This document shows positions 1 to 12,350 of a stretch of DNA of 64,000 nt, piece by piece. Each line of letters begins with the position of its first letter. Within the stretch, counting starts at the first letter, position 1. Made by a program: the position numbers and the translations under genes. Under the pieces are notes generated by a model. The model ran no database searches. It was given only the letters and a program-made list of their open reading frames with translations, and was not told the DNA's origin. Location: positions 94,164,328 to 94,228,327 of the forward strand of contig NC_083411.1 of assembly GCF_020745735.1 (NCBI RefSeq), in the 5' to 3' direction. This DNA is from Hemiscyllium ocellatum. Lineage: Eukaryota.

Positions 1-88
1 AATGCTGAATAAGTTATAATAAGGCCAAAGAATAGGAGAAAAATGGGTGAACTGTACTGAATGCAACCCATACAATATCTCAAACCAT

Positions 89-365
89 ATAGAGTCACAG
101 AGTCATAGAGATGTACAGCATGGAAACAGACCCTTCGATCCAACTCGTCCATGCCGACTAGATATCCCAACCTAATCTAGTCCCATCTGCCAGCACCCGA
201 CCAATATCCCTCTAAACCCTTCCTATTCATATACCCATCCAAATGCCTTTTAAGTGTTGTTTGTACCAGCTTCCACCATTTTCTCTGGTCGCTCATTCCA
301 TACACGTACCTTCCTCTGCATGAAAAAGTTGCCCCTTAGGTCTCTTTTATATCTTTCCCCTCTCA
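89..365 (-). mobile_element. CR1-type (HER1-like) LINE 3' end fragment
   Basis: Minus-strand translation RGERYKRDLRGNFF..RVWNE matches the CR1 ORF2 C-terminus. The (GACTCTAT)-type tail is near-identical to copies at 10108-10420, 14836, 24631, 32757-33125 and 47361. Confidence 0.85.
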
Positions 366-459
366 GACCTCGGTGTAACTGAGAAGGGGTAACTGTGCTA
401 AAAGCAACCAGTGTCTCAACAGTGGGGTGGGTGTGGGGGTGGATAAAAATATGGAAGGA

Positions 460-1290
460 ATAAATCATGCTCTGAAGTTATTGAACTTGACGTTGAGTCC
501 TAGAGGTTGCAAGGTCTACAAGTCAAAAATGAGATGTTCTTCAACCTTGCACTGAGGCTTGCTGGAAAACTGCAACAGGTCTGTGACAGAAATGGGAACA
601 TGGTGGTGTGGTAAAGTGACTGGTAACTGGAAGCTCAGGGTCATTTTAGTGCTCAGACTCTAGGTGTACTACAAAGTGAGGTTGCCCACTCTTTATTTCA
701 CCTCCCTGACGTGGAGACCACATTGTAACAGTGAATGCAATAGACTGGATTGACTGAGTACTTTGCCTGCTTCTCCTGAATGGTGTGTCTGGGACCTTGG
801 ATGGTGAGAAGGTAAACAGGCAGGTACTACACCTTCTGTGATTGCATGGGAGGGTGCAGTGGGAGTGTGTGGAGATGCTGGGAATGGAGGAGGAGTGTGC
901 CAGAATGGCCGGAAGAGAACAGACCCTGCAAAATGCTGACAAAGGAGGGGAGGGAATTGTGTGTCTAGTTGTGGTATTCTGTTGGGGTTGATGGAAATGA
1001 TGGCTTATAGTCCTTTGCATGTGGAGGCTGGTGGGGTAATAAGTGATAAACAGGAGAACCTAAATATTGTTACGGGAGTGAGGGAAGGGGTGACAGCAGA
1101 GCTGCGGGAGATGGCTCAAACACAGCTAAGGATCCTGTCTTGACCACAGAAGCAGGGAATCCTCAGTTGAGGAAAAAGGTGGGCCTTTTTGAGGACCCCT
1201 GCAAAAGGTGGCATTATCAGACAAGATGTGTTAGAGATAGAGAAACTAGGGGAATTGGATGGAATCCTTACAGGAAGCAGGGTGTGAGAA
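460..1290 (-). mobile_element. Penelope-like element fragment (RT thumb/linker plus GIY-YIG endonuclease), degenerate
   Basis: The minus strand gives a broken NPVYCIHC..GIY-YIG-like segment, homologous to the better-preserved copy at 1590-2060. Confidence 0.65.
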
Positions 1291-1309
1291 TGTTAAGAGG
1301 TCAACCATC

Positions 1310-1455
1310 TGAGCTCCAGCACCTATCTGCTGGAATTCCTCAGCATAGAATCTTCAGTCCAACCATCTTTAGTTGACATATCAATGATCCCTCCACCATA
1401 AGTTCAGCAGTGGGGATGTTTGTTGATGATTGCACACTGTTCAGCACCATTCGCA
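1310..1455 (+). mobile_element. LINE reverse-transcriptase fragment (CR1/L2 group)
   Basis: GIPQ..SPTIFS..IND..VGMFVDDCTLFSTIR corresponds to the RT GVPQGS and FADD motifs. Confidence 0.65.
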
Positions 1456-1538
1456 GTCCACACCCCAGGAATATATTTTTTAAAAATCTACAGGTACATG
1501 TTAAACAAAAGCTGGTAGCCCATGTGCTAACAAGGCCT

Positions 1539-1563
1539 GGTGTGTGTGTGTGTGTGTGTGTGT
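1539..1563. repeat. (TG)n microsatellite
   Basis: Direct reading, about 12 TG units. Confidence 0.95.
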
Positions 1564-1589
1564 TAGCAGACTTGGAAATGGGGAGTTCA

Positions 1590-2060
1590 GATCCTAAAAC
1601 TGTTGAACTTGATATTGAGTCCAGAGGGCTGAGGGTTCCCCAAGCTGAAACTGAGGTGCTGTTGTTCCAGCTTGTGCTGCAGCAAGCCTGAGACAGAGAT
1701 GTTGGCCAGGGAACAGGGTGGGGTGTTAAAGTGGCAGTCATCTGGAAGTTCAAGGTCTTTTTTGTGGAATGTAGATGTTCTGTGAAGTGGTCGCCCAGTC
1801 TACACTTTGTTTCCCCAATGTAGAGGACACCACATTGTGAGCAGCAAATACAGTAGACTAGATTGTGAAAAGTGCAGGTAAAATGCTACTTCACCTGGTA
1901 GGTATGTTTGGGCCCTTAGATACTGAGGAGGAGGGAGGTAAATGGGCAGGTGTTACACTTTCGGCTGTTGCAAGGAAAGATGCCGTGCGGCTGTCGGGGA
2001 GGGGGGTGGTGGAGTTTATTGGGAGTGAAGGAAGAGTGGACCAGGGTGTCCTGGAGGGAA
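1590..2060 (-). mobile_element. Penelope-like element GIY-YIG endonuclease fragment
   Basis: The minus strand reads HFTCTFHNLVYCICCSQCGVLYIGETKCRLGDHFTEHL: a VY..CxxC..YIGET GIY-YIG signature, with stops elsewhere. Confidence 0.8.
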
Positions 2061-2889
2061 CAACTCCTGCAGAAATTCTACAATTCCCTTCTTAAACCTC
2101 TTGACTATTGGCCATTCAAGCAGCCAACGCATTAATTCTTTGGACCATGTCACATTTCAGGAAGAAAAGGGAAGCTTGTTATCATAGATGTGATGAATGT
2201 CTCACCTAGCCTCAGGATAAAAACAAATGATATCACCTTAGCTAGTTGTCCTTTAATTAGAGTTTACAGTAGAATTTCTCCCCTCCTGCGCACACCCATC
2301 ATTCTTGTACTAATCATCTTGGAGGCAGCTGCACATTGGAGCAGGTCATAAGTATCCACGGATGGCCCAATATCTCAGAACCAATCTGCAGTGCATTGAG
2401 TTGGTGGCATGCATGTTCAATGAGCTACCAGCTTATAGAAATATCATACTACAGCTTCTTTAGTCACTCAAGTAATCAACCAGAAATGTCCCAAGTAATT
2501 TATGATCTTAGTTTATTTATAAAAGAATACTAATGGAACAATAATTGGCCTCAATTTCCTGAACCGAAAGAATGAAAACTTCAGCATTCCCATTTCTGCT
2601 CATTATCCAGCAACCTTTGATCAGAGAGCATTTATAATCATGCATCAGAAGGAAGGCAGGTTTGGGTATCTCAGGAAGGCTCCTCCAGATCATAACACTA
2701 GCACTTGCTGCAAAGTCCTACACATGAATAACAATCACCGGGCTAATGGAACCGTAAGCCAATATCTTTGGAAAAGAAACAGCTGACAAGGTGACTGACG
2801 AACAGAAAGTGATTGTTGAAAAGCATAGAATAAATGCTGTGGTCAATTATAGATCTGTGGTCTAAGTCAATGCCTCACTCCAACACTTA

Positions 2890-3330
2890 TGAAACAAGCA
2901 TTGTGGAAATGTAGCTGAGCATGTTCAATTGAAAGATAGCAGGATCCCAACAGAACAAAGCAAAGGAGTCCAAACGGCAGATGAAATTTAGAATGTAGAG
3001 TGCGAGGTGATGCATTTCAGCAAAAGCAATTAGTTGGAGTAATCTAGACATAATGTCTGGGCTATAAAGAGTGTTCCAGGATAGGCAGACCCACACATTG
3101 AGTTTTAAAGGCAAGGCATTTGAAAAAATTGTTAATAAAGCATATGGGATCTTCATAAATCTTCATAATTAGAAACATTGAGTATAAAAGTGGAAAATTA
3201 TGCAGAATTTTTATAAAGCTCTGGTTAGGCCACAACTCTGATCACCACACTTCAAAGGATGTGAGACCCCTCAGGGGTTGAAGAGAATATTCACTAGAAT
3301 GGATCTGGGTGGGAGATAGTTTTAGTTACA
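2890..3330 (+). mobile_element. Old degenerate CR1 LINE ORF2 3' fragment
   Basis: Residual similarity to the WQMKFN..CEVMHF and LYKALVRPQL segments of younger CR1 copies in the window. Confidence 0.6.
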
Positions 3331-4760
3331 AATATCCCTGGCTTGCCTGGATCTTTCAGAGGAACAGGCAGGGAAACTTACTTAGATGGGAAGTAAAATG
3401 ACAGTTTTCTGAGGACAGGTGAAAGCTTTGTTATTAAGTTCTTAGAAACGCTCAGGAAGTTCTGCGTTTCCAACCTTGATCGTCAGAAATCCTTTCCATA
3501 TTCATTAGCATGTTATTGCTGCTCATTAAAGCCCCAAAGCGCTGGAATTGTATTCTTGGACGCAACTTTGTAAGCCAAAAATAGCCAACAAGTGAGGCTA
3601 TAAACCTGACAGTATTTACTCGATGTGAACCAGCCTCCTCAAAACTCCCATGCTGTAACACTTGGCTCCTTCAAGGAGATTTTTGGTACAAGTCTCACCA
3701 TGGTGTACAGCTTCTAAAAGTGCAGTTGGAGCACTCAGGCAGACACAATTTAACACATCACAGTGCTAGAGGTGAAAGCAGAAAGACCAGGCGTACTAGC
3801 CTGCCCAATCACACAGTCACACCAGCTCTATCTAGCAAACTTGAGCAACGCAGGCAAGCATGTCTGAATTCAAAAGGAAGATCAACTTAAAAGGGGCAAC
3901 AAATCGAGGTATAATATAAAAGAGGGGCAAACAGAAAAAGTGGACACAATGGTGGGACAGCTATAAAGGAATGGAAAGTAATTTAACTTAAACGGCCTGA
4001 TCATGGAGAATAGAGGGAGCAAACTAGGAGGAAGAGCAAGATGAAGGCAATGAGGACAACCAGGAATGGGAGCTGGATATTTTGGGATAAGTTGGTGAAG
4101 TGGGAAGGGAGAAAAGGGTGAGGCTGAGTGCTGATATGTGAGAGGGAGCTGGATTAGGGAGAAGGACTGTCCAGGGAGATTATAAATGAGCTTCTATTAA
4201 TGGGAGGTGTTTGAAGCAGGAAAGACAGGGAAGGGAGAGGAATCAGGAAGGTCATGGAAAGGAATATGGTTAGGGGTACGGAAGTGAGTTGAAAGAGGGG
4301 TATTGGGGGGGGGAGAAAAAAATGAAAAGTTTACAGCAAGCATTCTGTTACCTCATCTTCTCTAAATAAGTAATCATGGCATTGTATTTATCATGTGCAT
4401 GGAAAACAATGTTAAGATAAAGTGCACAAATATCTTGCACATACCAGTAACTGGAAAGGGGAAAAGAAATCATGGATGGTGGAGGATGCACTTCTCTACG
4501 TCCGGGAAGCTGCAGAGCTTTCACACATGGCAGCAGCCACCTGATACAGGGACTAAAGGGTAGACTGACCGAGTAAAAAAGAAATCACATAGAAAGCAAA
4601 CATTTCAGCCTGAGTATTTCTTCATAGCTGAGGATTTCTATACCAATTATTGGAATCACTGAACCAGCAGCAGGCTTAGCATAGTTCAGAGTGAAAAAAC
4701 AAAGAAGGCAAAGGACAAGAAGAGGTGAAGAACAATGATAGGAAGATCAGAATGGGGCTG

Positions 4761-5495
4761 AAGGTGACAGCAACATTTAGCTTCCTGGCCACAAGTTCTT
4801 TTCAAATTTCGATTGCGGATGTATAAGGAATCACCCCACTGTCAGTCCACAAGTGCAATCACGAAGTCACTAATGCTCTATCCAGGAAAGTAATTCAGTT
4901 TAACCCTGTTCACCGTGGCCCCAGGCAGCCTAGCTGCCCAAGCAGTTTATTTTTCCATTCATTGTCATGCTCCCCCGTCCACCAGGTAGAAGGGGCCATC
5001 ACCAGCCCACATGTGGCACTCACTGCTCCACCAGGTAGAAGGGGCCATCACCAGCCCACATGTGGCACTCACTGCTCCCTGGCAGCCAGTCAGATTTCTG
5101 AGCAGGAAGCAACTTCACTCCCTCAATGTCCAGCTTTTTGTGATAACAGACAACAATTCCTGCAGATGTGCATTTGCTATATCCAGGAAGCAGTCACAAT
5201 ATTTACATTCTCTGTAACTCCCAGTTTCCAGGAATGTTCCCTCCCCCAATACTTCAAACACCAACTCATAGGTGATCAGGCATATCTCACGAAAACGTAA
5301 CTGATGATCTGACTGGAAGTCCCTTGAACTAATGGTGAACAGCAATACGATGCTGTCTATGCATCCACTCAGGCCATCAGTGAACAAACAATTGATCTTC
5401 TCAAGATATACTCAGCTGGAGTATTCGAGTCCTTCCTGGACAGAGTCTCCAGACTAGTGAACGTTTGTAGCATAATGCACAACCAAGCTCAATGA
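4761..5495 (+). mobile_element. PIF/Harbinger DDE transposase fossil
   Basis: Translation across frames gives KVTATFSFLATSSFQ..GITPLSVHKC.HEVTNAL; QVEGAITSPHVALTAP; FLSRKQLHSLNVQL; YPGSSH; LIGDQAY; EQQYDAVYASTQAISEQTIDLLK; VCSIMHN. These motifs are colinear with HARBI1/Harbinger transposases. Stops and frameshifts are present. Confidence 0.85.
4979..5076 (+). repeat. Perfect 49-bp tandem duplication inside the Harbinger fossil
   Basis: ccaccaggtagaaggggccatcaccagcccacatgtggcactcactgct occurs twice, head to tail. Confidence 0.95.
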
Positions 5496-6181
5496 TACTG
5501 AGAGTTTAGAAAAGGAGGAAATGGAGAACCACCCGACTCCTCAGGTGAGGAAAACTGGAATCTGACAGAGATGTTGAGGGAGCCAGGGTAGACAGACCAA
5601 CAAGAACTATTGTATATTGTTTGTTCCCTTTGCACCAATAAATTTCTGTCCAGTTGGATGTGCAATGTATGAGAATTGTGTTTTGTGGGTTCCTAGGAAG
5701 ACCATGTTTGTAGCACACAACCTTCATTTGCAAAGAATATTCATCTAGCACAGGGACAAAGAGGGGCTACACTATACTGTTTAACTCAAAATATAACGGT
5801 GTGCCTTACTTACTACTTCCCCAGAACGTTTCCTCCTCCCGGGTCTGAGCTGGACGCTGCTCGTCCAGCACCAACTGAGCTGGTGGAAACCTGCAATGGT
5901 GTGTTTCCATCTCATCTTCTGGAACTGTTAACCATCTCTACATCATCGGCAAGTTGGGAAATGAGTCTTCCTCCCTCATGGGGAGGTTTGAAATGAAGAC
6001 ATGACCAGAGAGCGCTAGTGGCCCTCATTCTCACAGTGACCTGAAGAATGGCATAGTCATGAACACAAGTTTCACTGGGTTACACGGTATTTGGTCAGTG
6101 GAGAAGGGAAATAGAATGATCGCATTGGTTGATCATGTGAGAACCGAACATGGACAATGCAGTTATCCTAGCGTTTCTTAC

Positions 6182-6436
6182 CTTGATTGTTTCCCCTTCT
6201 ATATTCACCGGTTTCTCGCGAAAGTCTACTCCAATGGTGGCTTCCGTCTTGTCGGGAAACGTTCCCCCACAGAACCTGAAGGTCAGACATGTCTTGCCAA
6301 CATTGGAGTCCCCGATTACAATAATTTTAAATATCCGCGCTTGCACAGACAGTTCCAAAGACGAATCGTAATCGCTGGAGACCTTCTTCGATCCGAAACC
6401 CCTGGAGTCGCCATTCGCCGTCAGTTGATTTGCCAT
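6182..6436 (-). CDS. RAB33A: Ras-related protein Rab-33A, coding exon 1 (85 codons); exon 2 lies outside the window
   Basis: ATG in a CCACCATGG Kozak context at 6436. [42 protein letters not shown] contains the G1/G2 motifs, and the [11 protein letters not shown] residues are 33A-type rather than 33B-type. Donor AAG|GTAAG at 6182/6181. Confidence 0.95.
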
Positions 6437-6814
6437 GGTGGAACCCGCTTTGTATTCCTGACCAGAGTGAAAGAGAAATCCGCACACAAAAAACAAAATC
6501 TTCTCACGCTCCAAGGGGAATGAAGAGCCCTTGGCTAGCAGTGAAACCACAACCGGCTGTCAGAAAGATTGAACATCAGACATTAAATATACAACACTCG
6601 GGTCAGGGCTGGGGTTGTCAGAATCAGCATCATCACCGCAGGGCGAAGCTTGTTGTTGTGTTCAGTTTGACTGGGAAGGGTCGGGTTGATGATAAACCTG
6701 CTGATGTTATGAGGCAGCTTCCCCTGGACATTCCCTCTCGCTGTGAACGCTGGGGTTTTTGTGTGTGTGTTGTTTGGTGCTGATTAATGGGGCCACGCAG
6801 TAATTGATCAGGTG

Positions 6815-6920
6815 AAATTGACGCAGTGATGGAGGCAGAACGCTCGCTGCAGGACAAAGCACTGCTCTCAGCACAGGGCATCCGTCACTGAAGAGCCGGC
6901 GGCGTCACGTCAATGTAACG
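6815..6920 (-). promoter_or_regulatory. Putative RAB33A proximal promoter, CpG-rich with CRE/ATF-like TGACG sites
   Basis: A local CpG cluster with TGACGTGACG on the minus strand (about 6903-6912) and further TGACG half sites, about 400-480 bp upstream of the ATG. Confidence 0.45.
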
Positions 6921-7633
6921 TCTCCTTGCTACATGCAAAGCATTCTAAATTAGTGTTCTTCATCCGTGCAAATAATGTTTTTTTATTACCAAAATGTCGT
7001 AACTAGTACTGATTCGCTTTCTTCATTTTTCTCATCATGGTGAAGTTCCATACTCCTCCTATAGTGGTCCAGCTAGGTTTCCATCAATCGTGAAACTGAA
7101 CTGAGATTGCCACAGGACCTCATTTACTAAAGCGAGGATTATATGTGCTATGTTCATATCTAAGGTCACTATATCGCCCACTAGTTGATTTTCCAGCCCT
7201 CCCCCCCTTTATTAATCGGGACTTCAAGGTTATTTGTTGGAATTTCAAAAGGTGCCCAGATCCAGACGAGGAATTAAATAATTTTCTTCCAGCAGCAAGC
7301 AGCTTACATTTGAATATCGCATTGCACATGGACAACTTACCCAGCCCCCGCAGGGGAGGGGGGCGGGGAGGGAAATGTACACAAAGCCAAAGATGGAGGA
7401 GAGATGTCGAGGGACCAAAGGCATGTGTAGACGGGATGCATTTTCAGGAAGACGCTAAAGGGGAATAAATGACAAGAGGTGTGATCACTTCAGGCAACAA
7501 ATACATTGAGCCATTTACTGTTCCTTTAGCTCACTCCTTCATGGTTTTTTTTAAGCATTAATAGTCCTATCATGACAATCAGTTCAGATAACGTCTGTAC
7601 AGAGGGAAAGTTAGGAATGGTATTCCTAGCACT

Positions 7634-7687
7634 TAGCACTGGATACATTGCCTCATAACCTAGCACTGGATATATTGCCTCATAACC
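7634..7687. repeat. 27-bp tandem duplication
   Basis: tagcactggata(c/t)attgcctcataacc x2, one mismatch. Confidence 0.9.
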
Positions 7688-8049
7688 ATTGCTGTTGCAG
7701 AACCCTAACATATGGAGTGCACCCAAAAACGTGGCTCTTCTGATGTTCTCTCCTTCAAAATGGTGCTGTGACTGACAAGATAGAAATTCTCAATAATAGC
7801 CACATGTTTATATTAATGGAGAAATACCAGATGGATCAATTCAGGCCTAATTATATACAAAAGTGAAGCTAGTTAACTACAACGATATAACAGCAAAATA
7901 CTAGAACAAAAGGGTAAGTTATTTGAGTGATAACGGCTGCAAACCGTAGGGAGATTCCGAGCCAATAGCGCTGGATCTACCTACTGTCCGTGAACGTGGG
8001 TCTGCTGATGTGCAACAATATTCTCACGTTAAAAGATATCCCATACAAA

Positions 8050-8320
8050 GCATCTACCTAGACGCTCCTGAAGGCTTCCTTCGAGAAATGCAACATAGAG
8101 GTCAACGCATTGAAGACTGTTGTGCAAGAAAAAGTGACTTGAAGGAAACTCCCGTATGAAGGGACACAACTCTTTGAGAACACCCATCGGCAAGAACAAA
8201 TACGAACAGGAACCTGAGAAAGGAACGCCAGCAATTTGAAGGACTAGCTCCACTTCCTGGAAACACCTGCCATTTGTCTGGTTGGGGATGCTGCGGTGGG
8301 AACAGCCACACACGGAGCCA
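8050..8320 (+). mobile_element. RTE-clade LINE 3' fragment
   Basis: YLDA.LKASFEKCNI...*RKLPYEGTQLFENTHRQ..RKERQQ..NTC resembles the RTE ORF C-terminus (RFKDxLKxSLKKCNI..WRxxxxEG..RKER..Zn knuckle). Confidence 0.65.
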
Positions 8321-9214
8321 CAGGAACATGGAATTTCCGAGGTGGATAACCCACACTCGCTAGCTAGTGATTACTGTCGACAAGGTGAAATATTCAGCAG
8401 GGCACGCTGCATTTGTGAAGGGGAAATGATTACTCAGAGTCAACAGAGAACAATAACATTTCCTTCTTTGTGGATATTGCTTGTTCTGCTAAGTATTTCC
8501 AGCATTTTATTCAATGAAACGATATTTGGATGTGTGCACTCAAGTAGGGCCAAGGAGGAGCTTATGCTCGGCAAAGACTACACTGCACCGGCTACTATCA
8601 CTGCTAACTCCTATCCTCAAAAAAAACTTTATTCAGGCAAGGTATTGAAATGTATTTTAAGTGTCAGAATTACCCATTTAAAAAAAAACACTATGAAATC
8701 ATTGCTCGGGTTGAGCTGGGAATATTAAAGTACGATTGCAATGAAAATAATGATTGTTGGAGTGGATTTCCTTCCGTCGGGCAGTATTTGCTGTTTTGCA
8801 TTATTTTAAAAGGGCGGGAGAAGACATGTGGCAAGTTCAGAGACTGAATACATGCACAAAGCTCGGTGATTAGCTTTTTTTATGAAGCAACTAATGAGTG
8901 TGTCTTCACAACTGTCAGGCTGAGAAAGTGAGTAAGCGTTTGGAGATCGGGTTTCACTGAAATAACAAACGTGCCGTGCAGTTTCCTAACGGGTGTGGGT
9001 GGTCTGAAAGTCAGCATTAGGTGCAGCTGTAGACATGTCAACGGTTTGTAAGAAAAAATCACTGCCTAAAACGACAGAAGAGTTTTTGGTTTTGTGCCTG
9101 ATCAGCTAAGCGTTTGCTTTTACGACTCGTAAAACTTCGAAATCTTAATCTGATTTTTGTAAGTTTATAGAAGTGATTAAGGTGAAGGCATTTTTAAAAT
9201 TATATTTAGTGAAA

Positions 9215-12200
9215 ACAAACCCAGTATGTCCAACCTTTCTTCACACCTAAAATCCCCCATACAAAGCAACATCCTAATAAACCTTACCTCCAAAGCATCC
9301 ACATCCTTCCGATAGTGTGGTGACCTGGCCTGTATGCAATATCCCAAGTGTGCCTAACTAAAGCTATATAAAGCTGCAGTATAACTCGTCTATCCTTACA
9401 GTCAATGCCTCTTCCAATGAAGGCAACATGCCATTGGCCGTTTTTACTACCTTATCTACCTGCACTGCCATCTTCAGTGATCTGTGAACTTACATATCCA
9501 AATCCCTCTACATATCAATACCCCTAAGGGTTCTGCCATTCACTGTATAATTTCCACCTTGACCTTCCAAAAAGCGTCACCTCACATTTGTCCAGATTAA
9601 ACTCCACCTGCCATTTTTCTGCCCAAGCCTCCAACTGATCCATATTCTGCTGTATCCTCTGATAATCCTCCTCACTATCCACAACTTCACCGATCTTGAT
9701 ACCATCCACAAACGTACTAATTAGACCAGTTATGTTTTCTTTCAAATTATTTACGTAGACCAACATTATCCACACTCTCCATTCTGAAAAGCATCCTTCC
9801 ACCAGTACCCTCTGTCTCCTATGATTAAGCCAGTTCTGTATCCATCTTGCCAGATCATGTGACTTCATCTTTTGTACCAGTCTGCTATGAGGGTCCTTGT
9901 CAAAGGCTTTACTGAAGACAAGGTGGACAACATTAACCACTTTTCCCTCATCAATTATCTTTGTCACTTCCTCAAAAAACTTGATCGTTAGCGAGGCACA
10001 ATTTCCCCTGTACAAAACCATGCTGTCTACCACTAATTATTTGCTTCTAAATGTGTATAGACCTAGCTCCTCAGAATTTCATCCAGTAATTTCCCTACAA
10101 TTTCCCTGGGGTCAGGGAGTCCAGAATTAGAGGGCATAGGTTTAGGTTGAGAGGGAAAAGATATAAAGGAGACCTAAGGGGCAACTTTTTCGTGCAGAGG
10201 ATGGTACGTGTATGGAATGAGCTCCCAGAGGAAGTGGTAGAGGCTGGTAGATTTACAACATTTAAAAGGCATTTGGATGGGTATATGAATAGGACGGGTT
10301 TGGAGGGATATGGGCCGGGTGCTGGCAGGTGGGACTAGATTGGGTTGGGATATCTGGTCGGCATGGACGGGTTGGACCGAAATGTCTGCTTCCGTGCAGT
10401 ACATCTCTTTGATTCTATGACCAAAATGAGACTCTCAGGCCTGTAATTTCCTGCATTATCCCTGCTACCCTTCTTAAATAATGGGACAAAATGGGCTATT
10501 CTTCAGTCCTCTGGGATCTCATCTGTGGCCAACACTCTTCCTGTTTAGGAGCAGCTTAGCTTAGAAACTCGACATTCTCTTCCCTGAGATCATCCTCCAC
10601 CAATTCCCTCTCTTTGGTGAATACTGACACAAAGTATTCATTTAAGACCTCACCTACCGCTTCTGGTTCCACACATAGATTTCCACCTTTGTCCTTGAGT
10701 GGGCCAACCCTTTCCCTGGCTACCCTCTTGCTTTTATATATGTATAAAAAGCCTTGGGATTCTCCTTAATCCATTTTTCATGGTCTCTTTAGCCCTTCTA
10801 ATTCAAGGTCATCACATCCCTGGTCATCCAAGGTTCATGTAACTTGCCCTACCTGTCCTTCATTCTAACATGCTGCTGCTGTACTGTCGTTTATATTACT
10901 CCCACTTGTCCGATGTAGATTTACCCTCAAACAGCCACCTCCAATCAAAATTCTTCAGTTCCTGCCTAATGTTGTTGTAGTTTGCTTTTCCCCCAATTTA
11001 ACATCACCCAAGGACTGCTGTTATCTCGATCCATGAGTATCTAAAAACTCACAGTATTATGTTCCCTACTCCTGAAATGCTCCCTCACTGAAACTTCACT
11101 CACCTGGCCAGGCTCATTTCCCAAAACCAGGTCCAGTACAATCCCTTCCCTTTGGACTACTTAGATTTTGTGTCAAGAATCCCTCCTGAATGGTCCTTAC
11201 AAATTCTGCCCCATCCAAACTCCTATCATGTAGTGAGTTCCAGTCAATATAGGGAAAGTTAAATCATCCACAACATCTCTGAAATTTTTACATCTTTCCA
11301 AAATCAGTCTACATAGTCTCTCCTCCATGTCCTGCTGACTGTTGAGAGGCCCGTAGTATACTCCCAGATTTGTGATTTTATCTTTCCTATTACAGAGTTC
11401 TCCCAGTATTGCCTCATTGCATAAGTCCTCTGATGTGTCCTCACTCAGTACAGCTGTGAGACACTCTTTTTCCAGTAATGCAACTCCCCCACCCTTTTCC
11501 ATCCCTTTCTATCACACCTGAAACATCCAAATCCTGGGACATTCAGCAGCCAGTCCTACCCCTCTTTCAGCCAAGTTTCTGTAATGTCATAGCTTCAAGT
11601 ACTAACCAATGCTCCGAATTCATCTACCATGCCTATTATACTTCTTGCATTTCTCTTTTCAGCAGCCTTTCCCTACCTGTTCTTGATCTTAATGTTTGCT
11701 TTGATTTCTAACTCTCCCTCAATTTCTACATGTACTACCCTACTCCTCTGGTTTCCATCCCCCACCACATTAGGTTAAACCCTCTACCAAGTATCTGCCC
11801 TCCAAGGACATCCATACCATTTGTTACAGGTCCCATCTCCCACAGAACGAGTTCAAATGTCCCATGAATCTGAAACCTTCCCCCCTCACCATCTTTTCAG
11901 CATGTGTTCATCCTATACATCCTCCTGTTTCTACTCTGACTAGCTCATGGTACTGGTAGTAATCCTGAGATAACTACATTGAGGTCCCACATTTCAAACT
12001 CCTTCCTAGTTCCCTATATTCTGCTTTTAAGATCTTATCTCTCTTTTTTAAACCTATGTCTTTAATCCCAACATGTACCATGACCGCTGGTTATTCACCC
12101 TCCTGCTCAAGCATGTCCTGCAACTAATCAGAGACATCCAGAACCCTCACATGCTTACAATTGAATCCTCTATAACTGTAGCATTTCTATGCCTATCTCT

Positions 12201-12350
12201 CCCTCCCTCTGCAGCAGAGACAACCATTGTGCCACAAATTTGGCTGCTATCCCTGGAGAGGCCATTCCGCTCTACAGTATCCAAAATGGTATATCTGTTT
12301 TGCAGGGGAATAGCTACAGGAGATTCCTGCACCGCCTGATTAGCCCTCCT
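9215..12350 (-). mobile_element. Long degenerate CR1 LINE (ORF1 esterase-like part, endonuclease, RT), interrupted by a younger insertion
   Basis: ORF 9524-10033 has FSKAFDK..WIQNWL..RRQRV (RT). ORF 11197-11502 has GGGVALL..LGVYYGP (APE endonuclease). ORF 12147-12332 has QESPVAIPLQNRY..VIEDSIV (CR1 ORF1). Confidence 0.85.
10105..10420 (+). mobile_element. Young CR1 LINE 3' end inserted antisense into the older CR1
   Basis: ORF 10147-10338 RGKRYKGDLRGNFF..GRWD, followed by the 3' tail. Confidence 0.85.

Noticed and set aside
3452-3661. ORF as RAB33A exon 2 or a nested gene
   Set aside because: No WDTAGQE or other Rab motifs, and no recognisable homology.
6437-6550. N-terminal extension of Rab33A in ORF 6095-6550
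   Set aside because: The ORF begins at a non-ATG codon. The ATG at 6436 has a perfect Kozak context and gives the expected length, and the ORF tail below 6182 is intron read-through.
6600-6900. REST/RE1 site upstream of RAB33A
   Set aside because: Only a TCAGCAC half-match; the GGACAG half is missing at the proper spacing.
8282-8728. 148-aa ORF with a hydrophobic stretch (similarly 13623-14075 and 58079-58651)
   Set aside because: These overlap repeat remnants or low-complexity sequence, with no domain or splice support.
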